Shown here one piece after another: positions 42,770-51,726 of a stretch of DNA of 64,000 bases. Made by a program: the position numbers and the translations under genes. The first letter of the stretch is position 1. Each line of letters opens with the position of its first letter. Origin of the DNA: Alphaproteobacteria bacterium. GTDB lineage: Bacteria; Pseudomonadota; Alphaproteobacteria; Bin95. Below the pieces are notes generated by a model that saw only the letters and a program-made list of their open reading frames with translations, did not search any database and was not told the origin of the DNA. The stretch is taken from the NCBI GenBank assembly GCA_964291285.2, contig OZ219787.1, positions 1,920,001 to 1,984,000 of the forward strand. Reading direction: 5' to 3'.

Positions 42770-43569
42770 GCCGGATCGCGGCGCGCTTCGAGGCCCTGCG
42801 GAAGGCGGATCGCGCCGCCTTCATGCCTTTCGTCAGCGGCGGCGACCCGGATTTCGACACCAGCCTCGCCATTCTGCGCCGGCTGGCGGAGGCTGGCGCC
42901 GACCTGCTGGAAATCGGCGTCTCGTTCACCGACCCGATGGCGGACGGGCCGACGATCCAGGCGGGCGGCGCGCGCGCGCTTGCGGCCGGCATGAGCACCA
43001 GGCGCGTCCTCGACCTCGTGCGCGCCTTCCGGGCCGGGGATGACACCATGCCGATCGTGCTCATGGGCTATTTCAACCCGATATACCGCTATGGCGCGGA
43101 GCGCTTTGCGGCCGACGCGAAGGCGGCGGGCGTGGACGGGCTGATTACCGTCGATCTGCCGCCCGAGGAGGAGGACGAGCTGCGCGGCCCTGTCGAGCGT
43201 GCGGGCCTCGACATTGTCCGCCTGGTCGCGCCGACGACGGATGAGACGCGCCTGCCCGTCGTGCTCAAGCGCGCCAGCGGCTTCGTCTATTACGTCTCGA
43301 TAGCCGGCATCACCGGCACGCGCTCGCCCACGATGGCGGATGTGGAGTTCGCCGTCGGCCGGCTGCGCCGCTTCACCGACCTGCCGGTGGCGGTCGGCTT
43401 CGGCATCAACACCGCGGAGCAGGCCGGCGCCATCGCCCGCGTCGCGGACGGCGCCGTCGTCGGATCAGCCCTTGTCCGCGAGATCGGCGCGGGCGGCCCG
43501 GACATGCTGGAGCGTGTGGATGCGCTCGCCCGCGAGCTTGCCGGCGGCGTCGCGGGAGCGCGCGCGTGA
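42766..43569 (+). CDS. trpA: Tryptophan synthase alpha
   Basis: GDP, F.DP.ADGPTIQ, MGYFNP, GITG and VGFGI; GTG overlaps the trpB stop. Confidence 0.97.
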   Translation: MSRIAARFEALRKADRAAFMPFVSGGDPDFDTSLAILRRLAEAGADLLEIGVSFTDPMADGPTIQAGGARALAAGMSTRRVLDLVRAFRAGDDTMPIVLMGYFNPIYRYGAERFAADAKAAGVDGLITVDLPPEEEDELRGPVERAGLDIVRLVAPTTDETRLPVVLKRASGFVYYVSIAGITGTRSPTMADVEFAVGRLRRFTDLPVAVGFGINTAEQAGAIARVADGAVVGSALVREIGAGGPDMLERVDALARELAGGVAGARA

Positions 43570-44525
43570 ACTGGCTCACCGAATTCGTCCGGCCGCGCCT
43601 GCGCAGCCTCGTCCGCAAGACGGACGTGCCGGAGAACCTCTGGCTGCAATGCGACAATTGCGGGCAGATGATCTTCCACCGCGAACTGCGCGAGCGGATC
43701 AATGTCTGCCCGCATTGCGACCACCATATGCGTCTCGACGCGGCGGAACGCCTGGCGATGCTGTTCGACCACGGCATATACGAGACCATCGAGCTGCCCG
43801 ACGCGCCGGTCGATCCGCTGAAGTTCCGCGACCGGCGGCGCTATACCGACCGGCTGCGGGATGCCCAGGCGACGCTGAAGACCAAGGACGCCATGCGCGT
43901 GGCGCACGGCACCATCGACGGCCAGCCGGCGGTGGCCGCCCTGCTTGATTTCGCCTTCATGGGCGGCTCGATGGGCATTGCCGTGGGCGAGGCCTTCCTG
44001 GCGGCGGCGAGGCTCGCGGTGGTGCAGCGGGCCGCGCTGATCGCGGTCACGGCATCGGGCGGCGCCCGGATGCAGGAAGGCATCCTGTCGCTCATGCAGA
44101 TGCCGCGCACGACGATCGCGGTCTCGGAGGTCAAGGAAGCGGGGCTGCCCTACATCGTGCTGCTGACCGACCCGACCACGGGCGGCGTTTCGGCCTCGTT
44201 CGCCATGCTGGGGGACGTCGCCATTGCGGAGCCGGGCGCGGCCATCGGTTTCGCCGGGCAGCGGGTCATCCAGCAGACGATCCGCGAGACCCTGCCCGAG
44301 AATTTCCAGCGCGCGGAGTATCTGCACGACCATGGCATCATCGACATGGTGGTGCATCGGCGGGAACTGCGCGGCACGATCGGCAGCCTGCTTTCCATGC
44401 TCATGCAGCCGAAACCGCCGCCGGACGAGGGTGACGGCACGGCCATGCTGCCCAATCCGGAGATCGTCGAGACGGCGGCGGCGAACGATTCCGACGGGGC
44501 AGGCGGGGAGCGGATAGAGGGTTGA
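43566..44525 (+). CDS. accD: Acetyl-CoA carboxylase carboxyltransferase beta
   Basis: LW.QC..C..VCPHC Zn finger, [16 protein letters not shown] and [11 protein letters not shown]. Confidence 0.97.
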   Translation: MNWLTEFVRPRLRSLVRKTDVPENLWLQCDNCGQMIFHRELRERINVCPHCDHHMRLDAAERLAMLFDHGIYETIELPDAPVDPLKFRDRRRYTDRLRDAQATLKTKDAMRVAHGTIDGQPAVAALLDFAFMGGSMGIAVGEAFLAAARLAVVQRAALIAVTASGGARMQEGILSLMQMPRTTIAVSEVKEAGLPYIVLLTDPTTGGVSASFAMLGDVAIAEPGAAIGFAGQRVIQQTIRETLPENFQRAEYLHDHGIIDMVVHRRELRGTIGSLLSMLMQPKPPPDEGDGTAMLPNPEIVETAAANDSDGAGGERIEG

Positions 44526-45748
44526 GCGCGCTCGACCCGGTGCTGGCGCGGCTGACGGCGCTGCATCCGAAACTGATCGACCTCAAGCTCGACCGGGTGC
44601 GGTGGCTCCTGGCGCGGCTGGGGAACCCCGAGCGCCGGCTGCCGCCCGTCATCCATGTCGCCGGCACCAACGGCAAGGGCTCCACCGTCGCCTTCATGCG
44701 CGCCATGCTGGAGGCGGCCGGCCGGCTCGTTCATGCCTATACCTCGCCGCATCTGGTGCGGTTCAACGAACGCATCCTCGTCGCCGGGGAGACGCTCCCG
44801 GACGGCGAACTCCTGGCGCTGCTGGAGGAGTGCGAGCGGGCGAACGAAGGCCGGCCGATCACCTTCTTCGAGATCACCACGGCGGCGGCGTTCCTCGCCT
44901 TCTCCCGCGCGCCCGCCGACGTCCTGCTGCTGGAAGTCGGGCTCGGAGGCCGGCTCGACACCACCAATACCGTCGAGCGCCCCGCGGTGACGGCGATAAC
45001 CCCGGTCGCCCGCGACCACACGCAGTTCCTCGGCGAGACCCTGGCGGAGATCGCCGCCGAGAAGGCCGGCATCATAAAGCCCGGCGTCCCGCTGGCGCTC
45101 GCCCCGCAGGAGGAGGAGGCCAGGGCCGTCATCCTGGCGAAGGCGGCGGCAGCGGGCGCGCCCGTCCATGACGGTTGGCGGGTGTCGGACGGCGTGTACC
45201 ACGGACGCCGGCTGGCGCTTCCCCTTCCGGGGCTCGGCCTCGCGGGGGCGCACCAGGCGGGCAATGCCGGCCTTGCACTCGCCTGCCTCGAAGGTTTCGG
45301 GCTGCCGGAGGAGGCAATGGTTCGCGGCCTCGCAACCGCGCACTGGCCGGCCCGGCTCCAGCGGCTCTCGGAGGCGCCCGAAATCTGGCTCGACGGCGGC
45401 CACAACCCGGCCGCGGGCCGCGTGCTGGCTGCGTGGCTGGCAGGGCGGGCGGAGCGCTTCGACCTCGTCGTCGGCATGCTGGACACCAAGGACCGCGACC
45501 GCTTCCTCGCCGCGCTGGCCCCGCATGTCGGGCGGACCGTGACGGTGCCCGTGCCCGGCAGCGCGGCGTCGGTACCTGCGGAAGCGCTGGCCGAAACGGC
45601 GCGTGTTGCCGGCATGGAAGCGGCGGCGGCGCCCGATGTGGAGGCGGCCCTCGAATGCCTCGGCGGCGTCAGGCCCGTCCTGATTGCCGGCTCGCTCTAC
45701 CTCGCCGGCGCGGTGCTTGCCGGGCGCGGCGGCCTTCGTTCCCGATAA
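44522..45748 (+). CDS. folC: Folylpolyglutamate synthase/dihydrofolate synthase
   Basis: HVAGTNGKGST, YTSPHL, EVGLGGRLDTTN, DGGHNP and GSLYL. Confidence 0.96.
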   Translation: MSALDPVLARLTALHPKLIDLKLDRVRWLLARLGNPERRLPPVIHVAGTNGKGSTVAFMRAMLEAAGRLVHAYTSPHLVRFNERILVAGETLPDGELLALLEECERANEGRPITFFEITTAAAFLAFSRAPADVLLLEVGLGGRLDTTNTVERPAVTAITPVARDHTQFLGETLAEIAAEKAGIIKPGVPLALAPQEEEARAVILAKAAAAGAPVHDGWRVSDGVYHGRRLALPLPGLGLAGAHQAGNAGLALACLEGFGLPEEAMVRGLATAHWPARLQRLSEAPEIWLDGGHNPAAGRVLAAWLAGRAERFDLVVGMLDTKDRDRFLAALAPHVGRTVTVPVPGSAASVPAEALAETARVAGMEAAAAPDVEAALECLGGVRPVLIAGSLYLAGAVLAGRGGLRSR

Positions 45749-45797
45749 AGATTTATTTCCTGAATGGGCTTGCAATTCGCCGCGCCCGGACTATATT
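45747..45797 (+). promoter_or_regulatory. Promoter CTTGCA-N16-CTATAT with AT-rich upstream motif
   Basis: AAAGATTTATTTCCTGAATGGGCTTG resembles the motif at 13579-13605 (minus strand). Confidence 0.5.
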
Positions 45798-45944
45798 GCC
45801 TCTTGCGTCATGGCATGATTTTCAAACCCGCTTTCGCGCCGTTCGGGGCAGAACAGGGGCGCGGGGGCAGACAGGACAGGTGCGCCCGCCCGCATGCCCG
45901 CAAACGCGAATATCCCGGTATTGTGTCCGTGAGGTTCGACGGTT

Positions 45945-46349
45945 TCAGCGGAAAGTGTCCGAAGAGGTTGAGTCGGTCCGGCGCGAATTCGCCGGCGGCC
46001 GGCCGATTCGCCGCTCGACGCCGTGGCGTTTGAGGAAGCGGTTCATCGCGCTGCGGCTGAAGACGAGGCCCTGCTCGCGAAGAGCCGCGCACAACGCATT
46101 TGCGGGCAGGTCCGGGTCCGCCTCCAGCAGGGCGAATATCCGGTCCCGCTCCGCCTCGATTCTCCAGGCGCGGGTCCTGCCGGTCCGCCCCTTCGGCCGC
46201 AGATGGCCGCGCGCGCGTTCCAGCCGCCGCCAGCCGGCGATGGTGCCCACGCCGACGCGGAACAGCCGGGCCGCCTCCGCCCGGGTCATCCCCTCCGCCA
46301 GCGCCGCCATCACCCGCTCCCTGAGTTCCACGGGAAGCGCCTTGCCCAT
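45945..46349 (-). CDS. Stand-alone IS630 transposase-like HTH protein (paralog of 25210-25644)
   Basis: MGKA...ELRERV.AA..G.....AA..F.VG..T...W; shares WRIEAER.RI..LLE and RFLKRHG.ER with the first copy. Confidence 0.82.
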   Translation of the reverse strand: MGKALPVELRERVMAALAEGMTRAEAARLFRVGVGTIAGWRRLERARGHLRPKGRTGRTRAWRIEAERDRIFALLEADPDLPANALCAALREQGLVFSRSAMNRFLKRHGVERRIGRPPANSRRTDSTSSDTFR

Positions 46350-46385
46350 ATCCGTCCTGCCCTCCTCGTCCGGTGGCGGGAGGCG

Positions 46386-46414
46386 CTATAGAACAAATTT
46401 AGCACAATATGAAG
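46386..46414 (-). promoter_or_regulatory. Putative promoter CTTCAT-N17-CTATAG overlapped by LexA-like box GTGC-N7-GTTC
   Basis: GAAC-AAATTTA-GCAC at 46391-46405, one mismatch from the alphaproteobacterial GAAC-N7-GAAC consensus. Confidence 0.45.
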
Positions 46415-46491
46415 ACACCACTCTTCCCGCCACAACCTCGTCCGCAAGCTCCAGGCAGGCTCCTTCGGCAAGCCCAGGGCAGGCCCCTCTT

Positions 46492-46522
46492 CGTCACCCC
46501 GGCCTCCGATCCGTGAATCCAG
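46492..46522 (+). repeat. Degenerate single REP-like unit
   Basis: CGTCACCCCGGCCTCCGATCCG resembles CGTCGCCCCGGACCCCGATCCG at 15746. Confidence 0.5.
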
Positions 46523-46549
46523 TAGACGTATCGGCGGGGCGCGGCTCGG

Positions 46550-47107
46550 TCAGGGCCAGAGGGCGCCGAGGGGGAAGGCCACTGCCTCGAAGGGCGGAAG
46601 GGACACCGGCTCGTCCTCCCGTGCCGCGCCGGCGGGCGTCCATGCGCCGTCTCCGAGCGCGAACGCCTCCAGGGTCCGGGCGGACGGATCGACGAGCCAG
46701 AGATGGCCGACCCCCTCCCGCGCATAGACCGGGCGCTTCTCCTCAAGGTCGAATTTCCGCGTCGAGGGGGAGAGGATTTCGCACACCCAGTCGGGCGGCA
46801 GGGTGAAATAAGGCGTATCCGGGTAGTCGGGCATCCGTTCCCGGCGCCAGCCGGCGAGGTCCGGCACCAGGATGTCCTCGCCGAAATGGAATTCCGGCTC
46901 AGCGACAATCCACCAGCCGCCCGGTCCGCCCCGGCCTTTCTGGAACGGGCTGACCAACTCGTCGCCGAGCGACAACCCCGCCAGCGCATGCCGGCTGGCC
47001 GGCCTCCGCTGGAGGTGCAGCACGCCGTCCACGATCTCCGCCACCATATGGGGCGGCGCATCGAGCACGTCCCGGTAGCTCGCCCTGCGGGCTGCCTTCG
47101 CCTTCAT
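46550..47107 (-). CDS. Uma2 family PD-(D/E)XK endonuclease
   Basis: AEIVDG.L, EPE, VPDLAGWRRERM, PDWVCEILSPST, K...YA..GV and WLVDP. Confidence 0.92.
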   Translation of the reverse strand: MKAKAARRASYRDVLDAPPHMVAEIVDGVLHLQRRPASRHALAGLSLGDELVSPFQKGRGGPGGWWIVAEPEFHFGEDILVPDLAGWRRERMPDYPDTPYFTLPPDWVCEILSPSTRKFDLEEKRPVYAREGVGHLWLVDPSARTLEAFALGDGAWTPAGAAREDEPVSLPPFEAVAFPLGALWP

Positions 47108-47167
47108 GCCGTCCGCTCCGCTCGCCGATGCCGCCCCACGCTACGCCCGCGCGGCCGAACCGTCACG

Positions 47168-47211
47168 GCGCCGCAAGCGGTCGCCCTTGCCATGGCGACC
47201 GCTTGCGGCGC
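47168..47211. repeat. Perfect 18-bp inverted repeat, 8-nt loop
   Basis: GCGCCGCAAGCGGTCGCC / GGCGACCGCTTGCGGCGC. Confidence 0.85.
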
Positions 47212-47231
47212 GTAGCGCGACGCGCTACAGT
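47202..47231 (+). promoter_or_regulatory. higBA promoter CTTGCG-N17-CTACAG(T) with operator GTAGCGCG-A-CGCGCTAC
   Basis: Perfect palindrome 47212-47228 in the spacer; ATG 6 nt after the -10 box suggests a leaderless mRNA. Confidence 0.65.
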
Positions 47232-47237
47232 GCCTCG

Positions 47238-47510
47238 ATGAAGGTCAGGCACAGGGGATTGCGAGCGCTGCACGAACGGGACGATGCTGCGCGGCTGCCC
47301 GCCGGTCTCGCACCGCGGCTGCGGCGCATCCTGTTCCGGCTGCAGGAAGCGGCGCATCCGCGCGATGCCGACGCACCGGGATTCCGGCTGCATCCCCTGA
47401 AGGGCGACCGTGCCGGCCAATGGAGCGTCCGCGTCTCCGGCAATTGGCGCGTGGTGTTCCGCTTCGAGGACGGTGAGGCCGTGGATGTGGACCTGGTCGA
47501 CTACCATTGA
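47238..47510 (+). CDS. higB: HigB (RelE/ParE family) toxin
   Basis: HRGL, LHPLKGDRAGQWSVRVSGNWRVVFRF and DLVDYH. Confidence 0.92.
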   Translation: MKVRHRGLRALHERDDAARLPAGLAPRLRRILFRLQEAAHPRDADAPGFRLHPLKGDRAGQWSVRVSGNWRVVFRFEDGEAVDVDLVDYH

Positions 47511-47530
47511 CTGCGAGGGAGCGCGGAACC

Positions 47531-47818
47531 ATGAACGAGACTATCAGCGAACGTGTCGGCCCCATGCCGAACCCGCCGCACCTGGGCGAACTGGTCCGCG
47601 AGAGCATGGAAGAGGCCGGCTGGAACGTCACCCAGACGGCGGATCGTCTGCGCTGCGAGCGGGGCACGCTGTCGCGCCTGCTGAACGGCAAGGCAGGCCT
47701 GTCGGCAAACATGGCGCTGGCGCTGGAAGCCATCGGCTGGGGCACCGCCGAACACTGGATGCGGATGCAGGCAAGCTACGAACTGGCCCAAGCCCGCCGC
47801 AACCGGGCCGCCGCCTGA
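47531..47818 (+). CDS. higA: HigA antitoxin (Xre HTH)
   Basis: PPH.GE, LSRLLNGKAG.S..MAL.L and W.RMQA.Y.L. Confidence 0.92.
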   Translation: MNETISERVGPMPNPPHLGELVRESMEEAGWNVTQTADRLRCERGTLSRLLNGKAGLSANMALALEAIGWGTAEHWMRMQASYELAQARRNRAAA

Positions 47819-47828
47819 CGGCTTTTTT

Positions 47829-47884
47829 CGTCGCGAGGCCCCGGCTCCCCCGCGCACCGGCGGGGGAGCCGGGGCCTCGCGACG
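47829..47884. repeat. Perfect 25-bp inverted repeat, 6-nt loop
   Basis: CGTCGCGAGGCCCCGGCTCCCCCGC / GCGGGGGAGCCGGGGCCTCGCGACG between convergent higA and trxA. Confidence 0.9.
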
Positions 47885-48010
47885 CCGGGGTACAGCCTTT
47901 CGACGCCGCCGCAAGCCGCCCAAAGCCCCGGAGCGCGGCTGGGTCTGCCTTAGGTCGCCGGCGCGTCCCCGTCCATCACGCCGGCGGCCGGTCTTACCGC
48001 CGCCGCCCGC

Positions 48011-48331
48011 TCACACCACCGAGTCGAGCCACTGCTTGAGGGCGCTCTTGGGCATGGCGCCGACGCGCTGGGCGACCATTTCGCCGTCGCGGAAGACCAT
48101 GAGGGTCGGGATGCCGCGCACGCCGAGCTCGCCGGGGGTCTTCGGGTTGTCGTCGATATCGAGTTTCACGACGTCGAGGCGCTCTTCCATCTCGGACGCG
48201 ATGTCTTCCAGGAAGGGCGCGATCTGCTTGCAGGGGCCGCACCATTCGGCCCAGAAATCGACCACGACGGGCTTGGCCGCCTGCCTTACGTCCTCGTCGA
48301 AACTCGCATCCGTCGTGTGCCGCGTGGCCAT
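48011..48331 (-). CDS. trxA: Thioredoxin
   Basis: DFWAEWCGPCK and GIPTL motifs. Confidence 0.97.
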   Translation of the reverse strand: MATRHTTDASFDEDVRQAAKPVVVDFWAEWCGPCKQIAPFLEDIASEMEERLDVVKLDIDDNPKTPGELGVRGIPTLMVFRDGEMVAQRVGAMPKSALKQWLDSVV

Positions 48332-48393
48332 TCCCGTCCCTCCCGAGAAGTCATCCGCCTTTCGCCTTCAAGTGGCCGCAAAGCGCCGGGCCG

Positions 48394-51300
48394 TCAAGGC
48401 ATATATGGCGCAAGGCAGCTTTCGGGAATCGGCATCAGCAGGGGCGCCTCGGTCCAGAGCAGGGCGGCGCGGACCGGCCGGTCGGGGCGCAACTGCCCGA
48501 GCAGCGCCGCGTAGCGCGCCAATTGCCGCAGATAGCCGGGCGGAACCTGCGCGAGGTCCGCCGGCGCGCGCCCGGTCTTGAAGTCGACCACCAGCGTTTC
48601 GTCGTCCAGCAGCGCCAGCCGGTCGATTCGCGCGCTCACGGTCTCGCCGCCGATGCGCCCCACCAGCGGCGCCTCCGCCCGGCTGCCGGGGCCGAACACG
48701 GCGCCGAAGGCGGGGTCGTCGAGCACCGCCAGCGCCTCCCGCGCCGTCGCCCCGGCGTCCGCCGCCAGCGCCGGGTCGGCCTCCAGGAAGCGGCGCGCGG
48801 CCTCGAACCGCCGTTCGGGCGCGACCTCCGGCAGCAGCTCCAGCAGCTTGTGGACCGCAAGGCCGCGCCGGAACCGCGCGCCCGGCCCGCCGCCGAGCGG
48901 GGAGGCGGCCGCGAACGCTTCCCCGCCGTCGCCGTCGGGCGGGGCCGCGGCCGGGACCGGCGGCGCGGGCCGGCGGGCCCAGCCGGGCAGGGGAGGGAGG
49001 GCTTCGCGGTCTTCGGCCGGCCTCTCCGCTTCCGCGTCCGCCGCGCGCTGCTCCATGACCAGGAGGGGCTTGGCGAAATCGGGGTCCTCTTCCGGCGTCA
49101 TGCGGTCCCGCAGCCCGTCCGACACCGCGTTGTACCAGCAGTCCTCGTGCAGCTCCCTGCCGCTGTTGTTCCATCCGCAGACCACCAGGCGGTCGGCGGC
49201 GCGCGTCATGGCGACATAGAGCAGGCGGCGGTGTTCCGCCTCGTCCTCCCGGTCGGCCCGGTCCAGCAATTCCCCGGAATAGGGGTCGATCCGGTCCCTG
49301 TTCGTGGAGGGCGGCCAGAGCAGCACCCCGCCGTCGCGGTAGAGGGTCTGGCGGCGGCTCGGATGGGCGGGGGCGGCGGCCGTGTCCGGCAGGATGACGA
49401 CCGGGGCCTCCAGCCCCTTGGCGCCGTGGACGGTGCTCACCCGCACCTCGTCGCGGCCGTGCCGGTCGAGCTGCCGCTTCACCTCCGCCTCGCCGCTCCT
49501 GAGCCATTGCAGGAAGCCCTGGAGGCCCGGCGGGTGGCGGCGCTCATAGTCGAGCGCGGCGTTCAGGAACTCGTCTATCGGGTCGTTCGCCTCCTCGCCG
49601 AGCCGGGCCGCGATCCTGCGGCGGAAGCCGCGTTCCGCCAGCAGGTCCGCGAAGAAGGCGTGGACGCCGACATAATCAGCCTTGCCGAGCAGCGCGCCGA
49701 GCGCCTCGAAGCAGGGGCCGAAGCGCTCCGTGCCCCGGCGCTTGCGGAGCGCGGCCCAGAGCGTGTCCTTGCGCCCGCGGGCAAGCTCGAACAGCGCCTC
49801 GTCGTCGAAGCCGAACAGCGGCCCCTTCAGCACGGTGGCGAGCGTCAGGTCGTCTTCCGGCAGCAGCACGAAATCGCCGATGGCGGCGAGGTCCATCGCG
49901 GCGAGCTCGCCGGTCAGCGTCATGCGGTCGATGCCGGCGACCGGGACCTCCAGCTGCTTCAGCGCCGCGATGACGCGGGGGATGAAAGCCCGGCCCGACC
50001 GGCGCGGCAGCAGGATCATGATGTCGCCGGGCCGCATGCGCCGGCCGCCGGGCGCAACCGGCTCGCCCCGGTCGAGCCATGTCCGGATGCGCCGGGCGAT
50101 CCGGTCGGCCAGCGCGGTTTCCGCCGCGTCCTCGCGGAGATAGGCCGCGGGCGGCTCGAACGGGTCTCCCGGCTCGCGTTTCTCGCCGATTTCGAGCGGC
50201 CAGACCTCGACGCGCCCGCCGGCGCCGCTGCGGCTCGGCTTGTGGACGGGCGCCGGGCCTTCCAGGCCGAGGCCGTGCTCGCCGGCGAACACCGCGTCCA
50301 CGGCCTCCAGAAGCACGGGCGCGGCGCGGAAGGAGACTTCCAGCGGCACGTCCTCCCAGCGCTGTCCGGCGTCCTGTGCGCGTTTGCCGAGTTTGCGGCG
50401 CATCTCGTCGAAGCGGGCCGGCTCCGCGCCCTGGAAGCGGTAGATCGACTGCTTGGGGTCGCCGACGGCGAACAGCGTGCGCGGGCCTTCGCCCGCCCCT
50501 TCGCCGGCGAAGAACTCCTGCGTCAGCGCCTCCACGACGTCCCATTGCTCGGGGCTGGTGTCCTGCGCCTCTTCGATCAGCACATGGTCGATGCCCCGGT
50601 CGAGCTTGTAGTGGACCCAGGCGGCGGGCGCGTGCCGAAGCAGGTCGCGCGCGCGCTCGATCAGGTCGTCATAGTCGAGCAGCCCGGCCCGGCCCTTGGA
50701 CCTTCGGTATTCGCGGTCCACCGCCTCGCCCAGCGCCAGCGCCGCCTCGGACGCGGCCAGGGTCGCCTCGATCCGGCGGCGCGTGTGCAGCCGCTCGATC
50801 CGCTCGCGCTCGTCGGCCAGCAGGCCCGGCAGGCGTTCGCGGCCGGGGAGGTTCTTCGTGCCGAATTCCTCGCGTTCCTCGCCGTTCGACTTGAAGAAGA
50901 CCTTGCGGACCTCGTCGATATCGTCGTCCGAAGGCTCGCCGATGTCCGCCCAGCGTTGCAGGCTTGCGGCGTGACGCCTGTCGGTCACGCCCCCGCCCGC
51001 CAGGATCGCCGCCGCCTCGCGGAGTGCCTTCATCCCCTTTTTCGTGCGCTCCGGGACCTCCGGCAGGACCAGCGCGCTCCTCAGCGTGTCGAGCGCCTGC
51101 GGCCCGAAGGCGCTGCGGTTGCGGAGCAGTTCGGCGATGAAGGCGCGGATATTGTACTCCGAGAGGTTGTCGGCGATCCGGGCCACGGCCTCCCCGATGC
51201 CGTCTTCGCGCCGGTCCAGCACGGCGTCGCGCGCGTTCGCCTGCCTCGTCAGCGCCTCGCGCTCGTCGGCGAGCTGGAACCAGGGCGAGACGCCGGCCTC

Positions 51301-51726
51301 TATCGGGAAGCGCCCGAGCAGGCTCTGGCAGAAGGCGTGGATGGTGTCGATCCTGAGCCCGACCGGCGCATCGACCGTGCGGGCGAACAGCCGGCGCGCG
51401 CGGGCCTTCATGTCTTCGTCGGGGGCCTCGGCGCCCAGATCGACGAGGGCCCTGGCGAGGTCCGTGTCCGGGGCCGTCGCCCATCCGGCGAGCTCGCGCT
51501 CGATGCGGATGCGCATTTCGGCCGCGGCCGCGCGGGTGTAGGTGAGGCAGAGGATGCGCTCCGGCAACGCGCCCTGCAGCAGCAGCGCCAGCACGCGGTC
51601 GGCCAGCACCTTGGTCTTGCCGGAGCCGGCATTGGCGTCCACCCAGGCCGAGGCCGCCGGGTCGGCCGCGCGGCGCTGCTGCGCCGTCGCCGCGTCGACC
51701 GCCGGGTTCAGAGCGTCCGCGCCCAT
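48394..51726 (-). CDS. addA: Double-strand break repair helicase-nuclease AddA
   Basis: ANAGSGKT, TIHAFC, EAQDT, VGDPKQSIY, TVHGAKGLE, YVAMTRA and IDRL..DFKT; true start at ATG 51726. Confidence 0.95.
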   Translation of the reverse strand: MGADALNPAVDAATAQQRRAADPAASAWVDANAGSGKTKVLADRVLALLLQGALPERILCLTYTRAAAAEMRIRIERELAGWATAPDTDLARALVDLGAEAPDEDMKARARRLFARTVDAPVGLRIDTIHAFCQSLLGRFPIEAGVSPWFQLADEREALTRQANARDAVLDRREDGIGEAVARIADNLSEYNIRAFIAELLRNRSAFGPQALDTLRSALVLPEVPERTKKGMKALREAAAILAGGGVTDRRHAASLQRWADIGEPSDDDIDEVRKVFFKSNGEEREEFGTKNLPGRERLPGLLADERERIERLHTRRRIEATLAASEAALALGEAVDREYRRSKGRAGLLDYDDLIERARDLLRHAPAAWVHYKLDRGIDHVLIEEAQDTSPEQWDVVEALTQEFFAGEGAGEGPRTLFAVGDPKQSIYRFQGAEPARFDEMRRKLGKRAQDAGQRWEDVPLEVSFRAAPVLLEAVDAVFAGEHGLGLEGPAPVHKPSRSGAGGRVEVWPLEIGEKREPGDPFEPPAAYLREDAAETALADRIARRIRTWLDRGEPVAPGGRRMRPGDIMILLPRRSGRAFIPRVIAALKQLEVPVAGIDRMTLTGELAAMDLAAIGDFVLLPEDDLTLATVLKGPLFGFDDEALFELARGRKDTLWAALRKRRGTERFGPCFEALGALLGKADYVGVHAFFADLLAERGFRRRIAARLGEEANDPIDEFLNAALDYERRHPPGLQGFLQWLRSGEAEVKRQLDRHGRDEVRVSTVHGAKGLEAPVVILPDTAAAPAHPSRRQTLYRDGGVLLWPPSTNRDRIDPYSGELLDRADREDEAEHRRLLYVAMTRAADRLVVCGWNNSGRELHEDCWYNAVSDGLRDRMTPEEDPDFAKPLLVMEQRAADAEAERPAEDREALPPLPGWARRPAPPVPAAAPPDGDGGEAFAAASPLGGGPGARFRRGLAVHKLLELLPEVAPERRFEAARRFLEADPALAADAGATAREALAVLDDPAFGAVFGPGSRAEAPLVGRIGGETVSARIDRLALLDDETLVVDFKTGRAPADLAQVPPGYLRQLARYAALLGQLRPDRPVRAALLWTEAPLLMPIPESCLAPYMP

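Noticed and set aside
47829-47884. Canonical intrinsic terminator
   Set aside because: The T-run precedes the stem on the plus strand, so no U-tract follows it in either direction; kept as a repeat
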